From NCBI RefSeq assembly GCF_965152275.1, contig NW_027439781.1, positions 64,001 to 85,035 on the forward strand: a stretch of 21,035 bases of DNA, in the 5' to 3' direction. Shown piece by piece: positions 9,861 through 18,905 of this stretch. A program made the position numbers and the translations under genes. Position 1 is the first letter of the stretch, and each line of letters starts with the position of its first letter. Source of the stretch: Natator depressus (lineage: Eukaryota). Below the pieces are notes generated by a model. That model had not been told where the DNA came from. It saw nothing but the letters and a program-made list of their open reading frames with translations, and ran no database searches.

Positions 9861-10189
9861 TAACTGTCCTTCTCTTCCCCACCCACACCTCTCCCTGACC
9901 CTATGCTGCCCCCCTGCTCCCCCTCCCTGTTCCCCCTTCTCCTGACCCCCCCATCCCTCCCCAGTGTTCCAGTGAAGACGACTCCGTGCTGTCCCCAGCC
10001 CCCCCAACCCAGGAGCCCCCCTGGCACTGCTCTAATGGGGACCAACCATCCAGGGGGGCCGAGGGGGCGGAGAGGGGGATTACGGCAGCCAACAGAGGGG
10101 TGTGGCCTCCAATCCCCCTTCCGCCTCGGGGACGGAGCCAGAAAAGAAGAACAGGAGAGAATGGAGGAAGAAACCCCTCTCCATCTGTC

Positions 10190-10640
10190 CACCCGTATGC
10201 CTTCATCCGTCTGTCCCGCTGTCCATCCAGCCATTCTGCCATCCAACCATCCGTCCCGCTGTCCATCCGTCCATCCATCCCACTATCCATCTAGCCGTCC
10301 TTCCAGCCATTCTGCCATCCATCCTTGCGTCCGTCCATCCATCCCAGAGTCCTACTGTCCATCTAGCTGTCCTGCAGTCCGTCCAGTCTGCTGTCCGTCC
10401 AGTCGTCTACCGACTTATCCATCCAGTGATGCATCTCTCTGTCCACCCACCCATCCATTCATCTCCCCGGCCATCCATCCGTCTGTCCATTCATCCATCC
10501 ATCTCCCCTGTCACCCATCCATCCAGTGATGTATCTGTCCACCCATCCTGCCGTATGTCCATCCATCCATCCAGCTACCCATCCCTTCATCTGTCCATCC
10601 AGCCTTCTGCCAACTCATCCATCCATCCAGTGACACTCCC
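10190..10640. repeat. Degenerate (CCAT/CCGT)n tetranucleotide microsatellite (ccatccatccgtctgtccatcc...).
   Basis: Seen directly. It explains the Ser/Pro/His-rich ORFs 9903-10529 and 10102-10728. Confidence 0.8.
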
Positions 10641-10721
10641 TCCATTTGGCCTTCTTTCTGTCCCTCCCCTCACTCCCTTTCCTTGCCCTCCCTCCCTTCT
10701 GGCTCATTGCCCCTTCGACAG

Positions 10722-10728
10722 CAAATAA
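10722..10728 (+). CDS. PRRT2: Hypothetical PRRT2 terminal micro-exon, C AAA TAA. With the 7215 donor (phase 2) it gives ...FGR-D-K-stop. The stop codon TAA is embedded in the poly(A) signal AATAAA at 10724-10729.
   Basis: There is a 70-nt polypyrimidine tract plus CAG acceptor at 10640-10721. AATAAA follows immediately after. The human gene also ends with a 3-aa mini-exon ending in K. Frame compatibility depends on choosing the 7215 donor. Confidence 0.2.
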
Positions 10729-12139
10729 AACTCTTTCGATTTCCATGTTTACAAGACAAGAAAAAGCGCGGGCCCGAGACGCCAGAGGGACCCCTCGGCT
10801 GCCAGGGGCACGTTTACATCCCAGCTTGCCCCATCCCAAACGGACGAATGAAACAGAGCCAGCGATGGAAACCCCAACGCCCCTTCTCCCCTGGCTCCCC
10901 GCTGCACGGGGACACGGCCAGCCAGGAACTGGGATTTTGGGGCCCACAGCGGGACACGGAACAAAAGAACAAAGAAGGGGGCAAAAAGGAGAGATGCCGC
11001 TGGGCGCCAATTCCTCGTTGATCCTATTTACAACCCCACATCAGCCAACGGGGGAGATGGGTGGGCGGTGTCTGAATGGGGACGGAAGAGGGAGAAAGGT
11101 GGAGAGGTGGCTGGAGGTTCCCCTCCTGCCCTGCCTCAGGCTAGTCACGTTTCGGGGGGCGAGGAAGGACAGAACGAAACAGGCCAAAGGGAGGAGAGAT
11201 GCCGGCACCTCGTTGGCTGCACCTCCTTGCCCCTCTGGCGGGTCGGGCTAACGAACCTGCGGCAGGGCCGAGGGGGGATGCCGGCGCCGGGGGGCCCGGA
11301 AGAACAGAACAAGAAAGGCCCGACGGAGGAGTGGGGCGGGAACCGGCCCAACGCCAACCCCACCCTGGCGCGCCAAGTGACTTCAGACTGTTACAGACCC
11401 AACCTTGCGGGGACGGGGATGGTTTTGGGGGGCAGGGGAATGCCCCCAGCCAAGCCCCCCCTTTCAGGTCCCATCTTTTGCACGCTATCCACTGGGTAAT
11501 TGGGGGGGGCAGGAGCACAGGGCTGGGGACAGTACAATTGGGGAGGAAATGGGGGGGGGCAGCAGGAATTTTCAGGGGGGGATGAAGGGGCTTGTGTTTT
11601 GATGCTGACATGCCTGTATTATACATGCACGTTTTTCTATACTCTATTGTTGGGGGTGATGGGGGCAGGGGGTCACTCCCAGATGGGCCCTGGAGGTGAC
11701 CAGGGTGGCTTCAATATCGGTGGAGGGGGGCCTGGGACACATTAAAAAAAAGCATTTGTGTAAAGGGAAGGAGGGATTTAAGCCATTTGGGGGGCCAGGG
11801 GGTCGGCTCCCATCTGGCCCCACAGCGGGCAACTGCTGGCTGACAGGGGAGGGGAATAAGTCTCCCCTCCCCCCCTTAAATCCTCCTTACGTGGAGGATG
11901 TGGAATGGCCCCACGTCCATCAATTGGGGGGAGGGGGTTGCATAGTGGGTTTTAACCCCCACGGGAAATAATTCCCAGCCCCCTGTTTTTCCAGAGAACC
12001 CCCAAACCAGGGTAAATCTGAACCCCAGGGCCCAGTGCCCCCTGGCTCCCCGGGGCCTGTTTTGTAGCGATTCGGATGCATGAGAAGCCAATAAACTGAT
12101 GCACGAGAACGGGTCCATGTGTCTGTCTGCAGGAAGCTG

Positions 12140-12590
12140 GGCTCTGGCCGCCCCCCCTCTGTCGGTCCCCCCTGCCCCCTCTAACCCCCTCCTGCAGCCC
12201 CCCAGAGACCCCATCCCACGGTCCCCTGTAACCAGCCCCCACGCCCCCCCCACACCACTGTCCCACGGGTCCCCTCTAACCCCCTCCTGCAGCCCCCCAG
12301 AGACCCCATCCCACAGGTCCCCTGAAACCAGCCCCCCTGCCCTACTCCAGAGAAACCCCCTCCCAGTGCTGGGCCAGGGGTCTCCCTAAATCCAGCCCCT
12401 GCACCCCACTGAGGCCCCATCCAAGTGCCAGGCCCAGGGTTCCCCTATAACCAGTCCTCTCGCCCCACCCCAGAGTAGCTGTGTCCCAGCACCAGACCAG
12501 GGGGTCCCCTGTAACCAGCACCCCTGCCCCAGAGCAGCCGTGTCCTGGCCCCAGACCAGGGGTCCCCATGTACCCAGTGCCCCCCGCCCG
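12140..12590. repeat. Degenerate repeat of about 60 bp (CCCCCAGAGACCCCATCCCACGGTCCCCTGTAACCAGCCCCC... / CCAGACCAGGGGTCCCCTGTAACCAGCACCCCTGCCCCAGAGCAGC).
   Basis: Recurring ccagagaccccatcccac and gtcccct(g/c)taaccag modules, seen directly. Confidence 0.6.
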
Positions 12591-12623
12591 GTTGAAATGA
12601 GAGGCTGGGATTGACGGCCTGCT

Positions 12624-12629
12624 CTTTAT
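12624..12629 (-). terminator. CDIPT: Candidate CDIPT poly(A) signal. AATAAA on the minus strand reads TTTATT on the plus strand.
   Basis: This is the only canonical hexamer downstream of the CDIPT stop (13553) on the minus strand. It implies a 3' UTR of about 0.9 kb that would include the 60-bp GCAAAGCATTGTGGGAAA array. Confidence 0.3.
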
Positions 12630-12879
12630 TGTAGCTGGGACCCCTCCCCACAGCAGGGGTCAGTTGCCCCCCAACCCCCGAGGGGCAGGGTCGAGTCCCA
12701 GCGGAGTCGAACATCCACCACACACATGGAGACGCTTACGCAGGGGAAGCGGCCGTCTGCTGAGGGGCGGGGGGCACGGGCCTGGGCTCCCCTGGGGGGG
12801 GCAGATGAGGAATGACACCCCCCCCCTCGCTGGGGGCAGTGAGGCATCCGCACTCAGGGGAGAGCAGAAGGGGCAAAAA

Positions 12880-13440
12880 AACATGGCCGCCCTCACGCCA
12901 AGCTGGGGGGCACAAAGCCTTGTGGGAAGGAAAAGGAGCCATGGGGGATCTGGAAAGGGGACCCCTCCCCCATAGTTATCCCCCCCCATGGAGTGATTGC
13001 CCCAGGGCAAAGCATCATGGGAAGAGGAGGAGGAACCAATACGGCTCCTGCAGGAGTGCAAAGCATGATGGGCAATGGATCAGGAGCCTTGTGAATAACC
13101 CCAAACACTCACCCTCAAAGCACTGTGGGAAATCGGGGGGCTCAGGTATAAATGCAGCCACTGCCCAAACAAGCACAAAGCATCATGGGAAGCCAAGGGT
13201 GCTGGAATAAACCACAGCCCGCCGGGCACTGTGGGAAACAAGGGGAGGCCGCAGTGACGTCCCCCAGACAATCAACGCCTAGGGCCCACTGCAGAGCATG
13301 GCGGGAAACGGACCCGTGGGATAAATATGGTCCCCGGAGGGCACAGAGAATCGTGGGAGGGGGGACGTAGGCTACACCTTCAGCATGACTTTCACACCCC
13401 CTGCAAAGCATTGTGGGAAACATGTCACGCCCATGCCACA
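12880..13440. repeat. Degenerate tandem repeat of about 55-65 bp with conserved core (G)CAAAGCAT(T/C)(G/A)TGGGAA(A/G), 9-10 copies.
   Basis: The core recurs near 12898, 12952, 12997, 13057, 13120, 13178, 13228, 13292, 13338 and 13408. Three more copies lie at 14575-14770. Confidence 0.75.
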
Positions 13441-13552
13441 AGCACACAACACCAATTGGTGGGTTTCTAACCAATCGAGGGGAGCTTCACCCCGGGGGGG
13501 GGGCTGGTCCCCTCGGGGGGGGTGTCTCTGCCGGCCTCCCCCTCCCCCACCA

Positions 13553-13704
13553 CTACTTCTTCTTGGCCCGCTCGGCGGCGTCCCGGGCGGCCATATTGCA
13601 GGAGGCAGAGACGAGCTGCACGAGGCTGATGAGGGACTTGAGGGCGGCGAGGGGGGTCGAGACCCAGAGGATGAGACGGAAAAGACCCAGGCGTCCGGGG
13701 AGCA
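13553..13704 (-). CDS. CDIPT: CDIPT last coding exon, (V)LPGRLGLFRLILWVSTPLAALKSLISLVQLVSASCNMAARDAAERAKKK*, with stop TAG at 13553-13555.
   Basis: Matches human CDIPT C-terminus ...VGLFRMGLWVTAPIALLKSLISVIHLITAARNMAALDAADRAKKK*. Acceptor cccctcag (minus strand), phase 1. Coordinates are derived from the ORF-track frame. Confidence 0.9.
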
Positions 13705-13744
13705 CTGAGGGGGGAGGGGAGAGAGTTACACAAAACCACACACA

Positions 13745-14345
13745 TGCACGCCAGGCGGTGCCCCCCACTCCCGACCCACAGCCCCCCGCCAGCCCAGCCC
13801 CGCCCCCCCCAGCCCTGCCGGTGCCCCCCACTCCCGACCCACAGCCCCCCGCCAGCCCAGCCCCGCCCCCCCCAGCCCTGCTGGTGCCCCCCACTCCCAA
13901 CCCGCAGCCCCCCGCCAGCCCAGCCCCACCCCCCCAGCTCTGCGGTGCCCCCCACTCCCGACCCGCAGCCCCCCGCCAGCCCAGCCCCACCCCCCCAGCT
14001 CTGCGGTGCCCCCCACTCCCGACCCGCAGCCCCCCGCCAGCCCCCCCAGCTCTGCGGTGCCCCTCACTCCCGACCCGCAGCCCCCTGCTAGCCCAGCCCC
14101 ACCCCCCCAGCTCTGCGGTGCCCCTCACTCCCGACCCGCAGCCCCCCGCCAGCCCAGCCCTGCCGGTGGCCCTCACTCCCGACCCGCAGCCCCCCACCAG
14201 CCCAGCCCTGCCCCCCCAGCTCTGCGGTGCCCCTCACTCCTGACCCACAGCCCCCTGCCAGCCCAGCCCTGCCCCCCCAGCTCTGCCGGTGCCCCTCACT
14301 CCCGACCCACAGCCCCCCGCCAGCCCAGCCCTGCCAGTGCCCCCC
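13745..14345. repeat. 61-63-bp minisatellite, about 10 copies, unit CTGC(C)GGTGCCCC(C/T)CACTCCCGACCCGCAGCCCCCCGCCAGCCCAGCCCCGCCCCCCCAGCC. It is a longer relative of the 44-bp family at 4108-4740 and fills CDIPT intron 5.
   Basis: Periodicity seen directly. The core GGTGCCCCTCACTCCCGACC(T/C)GCAGCCCCCCG is shared with the 44-bp array, in the same + orientation. Confidence 0.85.
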
Positions 14346-14374
14346 ACTCCGACCTGCAGCCCCGATGCGCCCAC

Positions 14375-14456
14375 CTGCAGGCCCCTCGGTGAAGTGCAGC
14401 AGGTACAGCATGCAGAAGAAGAGCTCGTTCCCGGCACACATGGTGAAGAGGACAGG
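14375..14456 (-). CDS. CDIPT: CDIPT exon PVLFTMCAGNELFFCMLYLLHFTEGPA(V), with donor GCAG|GTGGGC on the minus strand.
   Basis: Matches human PALFTLCAGNELFYCLLYLFHFSEGPL(V). Acceptor ccccag, phase 0 in, phase 1 out. Confidence 0.9.
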
Positions 14457-14574
14457 CTGGGGAACGGGAGGAAGCAGAGTCAGGGCGGCCTGTGGAACTC
14501 CCTGCTGCAGGATTGTACTGACAGCCCCATGGGGGCAGAGCAGGGACAGGAGGAGAATTCAAGGTGCTGGGTAA

Positions 14575-14770
14575 GTTAGCAAAGCATTGTGGGACATGGG
14601 GGCAGGCTGGGGGGGGTGTGTCTCTGGCGTAAATATGGCTGCCTCTGAATGCCCCCCCCCCAGCTATCTCCTCCCAGAGCTTGGGGGGAGGACAAAGCAT
14701 TATGGGAAAGGGAGGCAGCGCCCCCCCCCGAAGACTGGCACCCTACACGCTGCAAAGCATTGTGGGAAGC
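14575..14770. repeat. Three further copies of the GCAAAGCATTGTGGGAAA repeat, inside CDIPT intron 4.
   Basis: gcaaagcattgtgggacatggggg (14579), caaagcattatgggaaaggg (14695) and gcaaagcattgtgggaagcac (14751). Confidence 0.7.
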
Positions 14771-14933
14771 ACATCGAGCAGCAAGACCAGACACAGCTGT
14801 GCCCGGCGGCTCTGCAGAGAAGTGGGGCCCCGTGACCCAGGAGTTGAGATGCACCCGCAGGACTCGGCGGGGGGGGGGGGGGGGTCAGGGCAGTGGGGGG
14901 CTGTGAGGTGAGGGGCCCCGGGGCGTCACTCAC

Positions 14934-15015
14934 CCGCGAGGTGTAATACACCCGCAGCACCGGGTTCCCCGTCAGGTCGATGCTCTTATGACTGTCACTG
15001 CCTTGAACCATGGAG
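14934..15015 (-). CDS. CDIPT: CDIPT exon (S)SMVQGSDSHKSIDLTGNPVLRVYYTSR, with donor CGG|GTGAGT.
   Basis: Matches human (S)SVVRGSESHKMIDLSGNPVLRIYYTSR. Acceptor ctctccccag, phase 2 in, phase 0 out. Confidence 0.9.
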
Positions 15016-15092
15016 CTGGGGAGAGACGGGGACATCAGCGGGGGTGGGAGCCAAAGCCCCCCGCCCGCAGGGCGCCCCCGGGCCCCGCCCAC

Positions 15093-15246
15093 CTGTGCAG
15101 GTGCAGCCAGTGGCTGGCGACGTCCAGGCTCATGCTGAGCTGGTAGAGGAGGGCGCGGGGCGGGTCCAGCAGCGCCAGGTTCACCAGCAGGCACATGGTG
15201 GCGCAGCGATCGGTCAGCATGTCCAGCATGGCGCCGAACCGGGTCC
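15093..15246 (-). CDS. CDIPT: CDIPT exon (G)TRFGAMLDMLTDRCATMCLLVNLALLDPPRALLYQLSMSLDVASHWLHLH(S), with donor CACAG|GTGGGC.
   Basis: Matches human TRFGAMLDMLTDRCSTMCLLVNLALLYPGATLFFQISMSLDVASHWLHLHS. Acceptor ccacggcggcag. Confidence 0.9.
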
Positions 15247-15361
15247 CTGCCGCCGTGGGGGGAAGGGTCAGAGACGGAGCCCCGCCCACCCGAGCCCCCC
15301 ACCGCCCAGCCCCCCGGGGGGCAGGAGCACACGGACGCCCCAGTCCCCCGGGGGGCCCTAC

Positions 15362-15496
15362 CTTGGTTGAGGGCGCGGGCCGCGTGGCCGTCGACCGCGT
15401 CCAGCAGGCCGCTGAGCAGGTAGGAGGCGGCGGCCGGGCCAGGGTCGCTCGGCATGAAATAAAAGGCGAGGAAGAGGAGCAGGATCCGGGCGTAGC
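15362..15496 (-). CDS. CDIPT: CDIPT exon (G)YARILLLFLAFYFMPSDPGPAAASYLLSGLLDAVDGHAARALNQ(G), with donor CAAG|GTAGGG.
   Basis: Matches human GYARIVFAIISFYFMPCCPLTASSFYLLSGLLDAFDGHAARALNQG. Acceptor ctgtcgcccgctgcag. Confidence 0.9.
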
Positions 15497-17249
15497 CTGC
15501 AGCGGGCGACAGAGCCACAGTGCTCCTCAGTCCCGACCCGCAGCCCCTCGGCCCGGGGCTCCCTGCCCCGTTACAGCCCCTGCCCCACGCCGCTCCCAAC
15601 CCACGGGGGAGACGCCCAGACTCCTCCGGGGCCGGGGGGGCCGTTGGGAGCATCTGGTGTGAGCCCCCACATCACCCTGGCGCAGACCCGAGAACCCCCG
15701 GCTGGGCTGAGCCATCGCCAGTACTGGAGAATTCCTGTCGGCCCGGAGGGAGCGGTTCTGCCTGGGCCGTATTTACAGCCTCTTTCCAGGCCAGGATCGT
15801 CCTGCCGCTGGGGCACGTCAGACCTTTCTCGGCGGGACTGACGAGCCACAAGGTAACGATCTGTTCCCCACGGAGGTGCTGCCAGGCCGGGCTCCAGTCA
15901 CCCTGGAGCCAGCTCTGCGTTAAGCTGAACAGCTGGAGCCTCTCCCTCGAGGGCAGGTTTCTGATCCTTTCATCCTTCCCGGGGCTCTTCTCTGACCCCT
16001 CCAATGGATCAACATCCTCCTGGAACTGCAGGCACCAGAGCCGGCCCCGGGATCCCAGCCGCGGCCGCCCCAGGACTGAATCCAGAGGGAAAATCCCCCT
16101 GTTTGCACAGCCCAGGATGGCATTGGCCCTTTTGGCCCCAGCATTGCACTGGGCGCTCTTCTTCTGCTGATTAACCCCCGCCCCCCCTTGCTGAGAGTCC
16201 CTGCGTCCCAGGACAGAGCCCCCCAGCCTGTAAGTGCAGCCGGCACTCGTCCTGCCCAGGGACCAGCATTTACATTGAGCTGGGTTAAACCAGTGTCTGC
16301 TTGTGCCCGTTTACCCAGCCATCCAGCTGGCTCTGGACCAGTGACCTCTGCTCTGCGACACTTCCCACCTCCCACCCCCAATGTTCGGGTCAGCTGCAAA
16401 CTTCACTGGTGAGGACGAGACACCAGGTGAAGCCAGCCAGACAAGGCAACGCTGAGACGCTATTGTGAGTCTGGGACCGCTCCCCTCCCTCCTTCCTTCC
16501 TGGGCTGGGGGAGGACAGGGACAGGGTGGGCAGGGGGCTGCATCGCCCTCAGCATGCTCCTGTTCTGATCCAGCCTCATGCTCCAAGGCAGCAGCCTCGC
16601 AGGGGTCAGGAAGGAGGGTTTGCCTCCTCCTCATTCCGCCACTGGAGCCAGGGCACTGCCTGGCTGGCGAGTCAAGCCCTGAGCCAGTCCCCACGGGGCC
16701 AGCCTGGAAAGGTAACCCCAATGCACTAGAGGCAGCGACTCCAAGGGGCCAGAGTTAAACGCATTAAGCCCCAGTGTGGACGCTCTTGCTCAAAATTAAG
16801 TTGGCTTAACTTAATTCACTTGGGAAGCAAAACTGAATTAAGGGCACCGCAGTGCCAACTGAGGGCGTTCACACTGGGGTTTGATGGGGGTCAGCGCCTC
16901 CACTTCTGCTTGACAGCGACAGTGAATTCAGATGGACTCCCCCAGCTGGCCCTGTGCAGACAAACCCCACATCTGAAGGCAAGCTGGATGGTGCAAGGGA
17001 TGCCCTGGGTACAGCAGCGCGTGGGGGCCCATCTCAGCCCCCACCAGATGGGAGAAACCCAAAGGGGCGGTCGGTAGGCATAATGGGGACCGGCTGCCTG
17101 TGCCTGGTTGCTGGAGAAGGGGCACCTGGGCACTGCGGGGGACCCGGTCGAGCTGGATCTGTCCATGCTGGAGGGGATGGTGCAGGGTGGCAGAGTTTGA
17201 GCTGGGTGTGACACCCTGGCACCCCAATATTCGCAACTGTCATGTAATG

Positions 17250-18050
17250 AGGACGTGTTCGGTACAAAGTGCATCTTGTGAGGGGTCATTCTAAAAGTCT
17301 TGATCTGCAAGACAGTCGTATCTCGTTGGAGTGTCTGCGCAGTCGTCGTGTGGGAAGTGATAGGTTTGGCTATTTGTGTGAGTTACTGAAACATGTCGTG
17401 AGGTTGAAAACACCCACAAGTAGCCTTTCCGGTACAACCGTAAAAAGGCCAAACACTGTTAATAGCTTTCTGAGGAAATGCACCAAAGCACCAGGGATTA
17501 CCCCAGGGACTGTGTGCAACAGAAACCTCTCAGAGATAGCTCTGCACAATGGGAACTGTCTGACCCCAGGGCACAGCAAAAGAGCTTTCCAGGAAGTGGG
17601 GAGAAGATAGAAAAAGGGGGAAATGACATCATGTATCACCCTCCCTCTCTCTACAACTCCACACCTGGAAACACCCGAGGGGCAAGGACTGAACGGGGGA
17701 AGGGATGGTCCCAGGCTAAGGGATTTCTAGCCTGTGTATGAAAACCTGGGACACCCAAACTGCAAAGACAAGGTAGCTTGTGCCTTAAGAATTTGCCAGC
17801 TTGTTTATTGCTCAGGGTGAGAATTTGCTAATTCATCTCCTACCTGTCTAGTGCATTAAACTCAGTTTGCGTTTTTGTTTACTTGCTAGGTGACCTGCTT
17901 TGTTCTGTTCGCTCTCACTTTAATATCTTAAAATCTATCCTTTTGTAGCTAATAAACTTATGTCATGTTTTAATCCAAACCAGTATGCGTTTGACTAGGG
18001 TGCGTGGGGAAAAATCTCAGCATGGTTACCACAAGTGTGAATGGTTCTCA
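17250..18050. mobile_element. AT-richer (about 45% GC), non-satellite block in CDIPT intron 1 with LTR-like features: an internal AATAAA (gtagctaataaacttatg, about 17945) and TG...CA-type ends. Possibly a solo LTR or other transposable-element remnant.
   Basis: Composition is sharply different from the surrounding 65-70% GC. There is no coding potential and no tandem structure. The family is not identified. Confidence 0.25.
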
Positions 18051-18512
18051 TCCCATTGAGGGTGAGGGGGACTGGGTGTTACACCCATATACTGGCGAGA
18101 TTTGACCAGAGCAGGATGGTACCGCTCTGGGGTCCTAGGCTGGGAGGCTGCTGGTTAGAGAGCCTGCATGTGGCTGCAGCTGGGTGTGTCCCGACCTGTG
18201 CAAATGCTGGTGAAGGTGCAGACTGGGGGGCTTTGCAGCTTGTCACAGCAGCACACTGTGAGAGGGAGCCCAGGCTGGTGGGTCAGGGGCTCAGTGGCAC
18301 CCCCAGTTCCAGCTGGCACCCCAGGGGGGAACCCATCATACCAGGGACCTGCCACGAGAGCTCTGGGCCACTGGTTCCTGGGATGGCTCCGACCTGGCCC
18401 CAGGGCAGGGGACAGGGCAGCTCGGGGGACATGAAAGGGACTAGGGGCTGTCCCCTGGGGGACACCAACTCTGACCCAGCTCTGAGGATCCCCCCAGGCT
18501 CCCCTCACTCAC

Positions 18513-18558
18513 CAATGAGGTTCGGCACAAAGAGGAAGATGTTTTCGTCCTTCATCAT
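18513..18558 (-). CDS. CDIPT: CDIPT first coding exon, MMKDENIFLFVPNLI(G), with donor ATTG|GTGAGT. The start is ATG at 18556-18558 (a second in-frame ATG lies at 18553-18555). An acceptor-like cacccacag lies immediately 5', suggesting a separate 5'-UTR exon further upstream.
   Basis: Matches human MPDENIFLFVPNLIG. Phase 1 out joins the GC TAC... exon at 15496 across an intron 1 of about 3 kb. Confidence 0.85.
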
Positions 18559-18594
18559 CTCTGTGGGTGCAGGATCCGCTGCCTCCCACCCCTC

Positions 18595-18905
18595 AGCCAG
18601 CCCTGGGGTCCCCCCGAGCCAATGCACCAGCCCTGCCCCCCCTGGGGTCCCCCCCGAGCCAATGCACCAGCCCTGCCCCCCGCACCAGCCCTGGGGTCCC
18701 CCCCCAGCCAATGCACCAGCCCTGGGGTCCCCCCCCAGCCAATGCACCAGCCCTGCCCCCCGCACCAGCCCTGGGGTCCCCCCCCAGCCAATGCACCAGC
18801 CCTGCCCCCCGCACCAGCCCTGGGGTTCCCCCCCAGCCAATGCACCAGACCTGCCCCCCCGCACCAGCCCTGGGGTCGCCCCCCAGCCAATGCACCAGCC
18901 CTGCT
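18595..18905. repeat. Minisatellite of 34 bp and 51 bp units, unit CCAGCCCTGGGGTCCCCCCCAGCCAATGCACCAG (with or without CCCTGCCCCCCGCA), about 8 copies. Each unit carries a CCAAT box (AGCCAATGC).
   Basis: Seen directly. It starts 37 bp 5' of the CDIPT start-codon exon, on the gene's upstream side. Confidence 0.85.

Noticed and set aside
9903-10728. Two 208-aa Ser/Pro/His-rich ORFs on the + strand.
   Set aside because: These are translations of the degenerate (CCAT/CCGT)n microsatellite.
10646-11251. 201-aa + strand ORF considered as a PAGR1 candidate, since PAGR1 is expected between PRRT2 and CDIPT.
   Set aside because: It has no similarity to the Glu-rich PAGR1 sequence as I recall it. The ORF is Gly/Arg/Pro-rich, as is typical of GC-rich non-coding DNA, and has no splice or Kozak support.
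13413-14243. 276-aa + strand ORF across the CDIPT last exon and intron 5.
   Set aside because: It runs antisense to the well-supported CDIPT terminal exon and then reads the 61-63-bp minisatellite. The peptide is Pro-rich and low-complexity.
14700-15653. 317-aa minus-strand ORF as one protein.
   Set aside because: It fuses three genuine CDIPT exons with their GC-rich introns, which happen to lack stops. The real product is given by the spliced exons (15362-15496, 15093-15246, 14934-15015 and the rest), which match human CDIPT colinearly.
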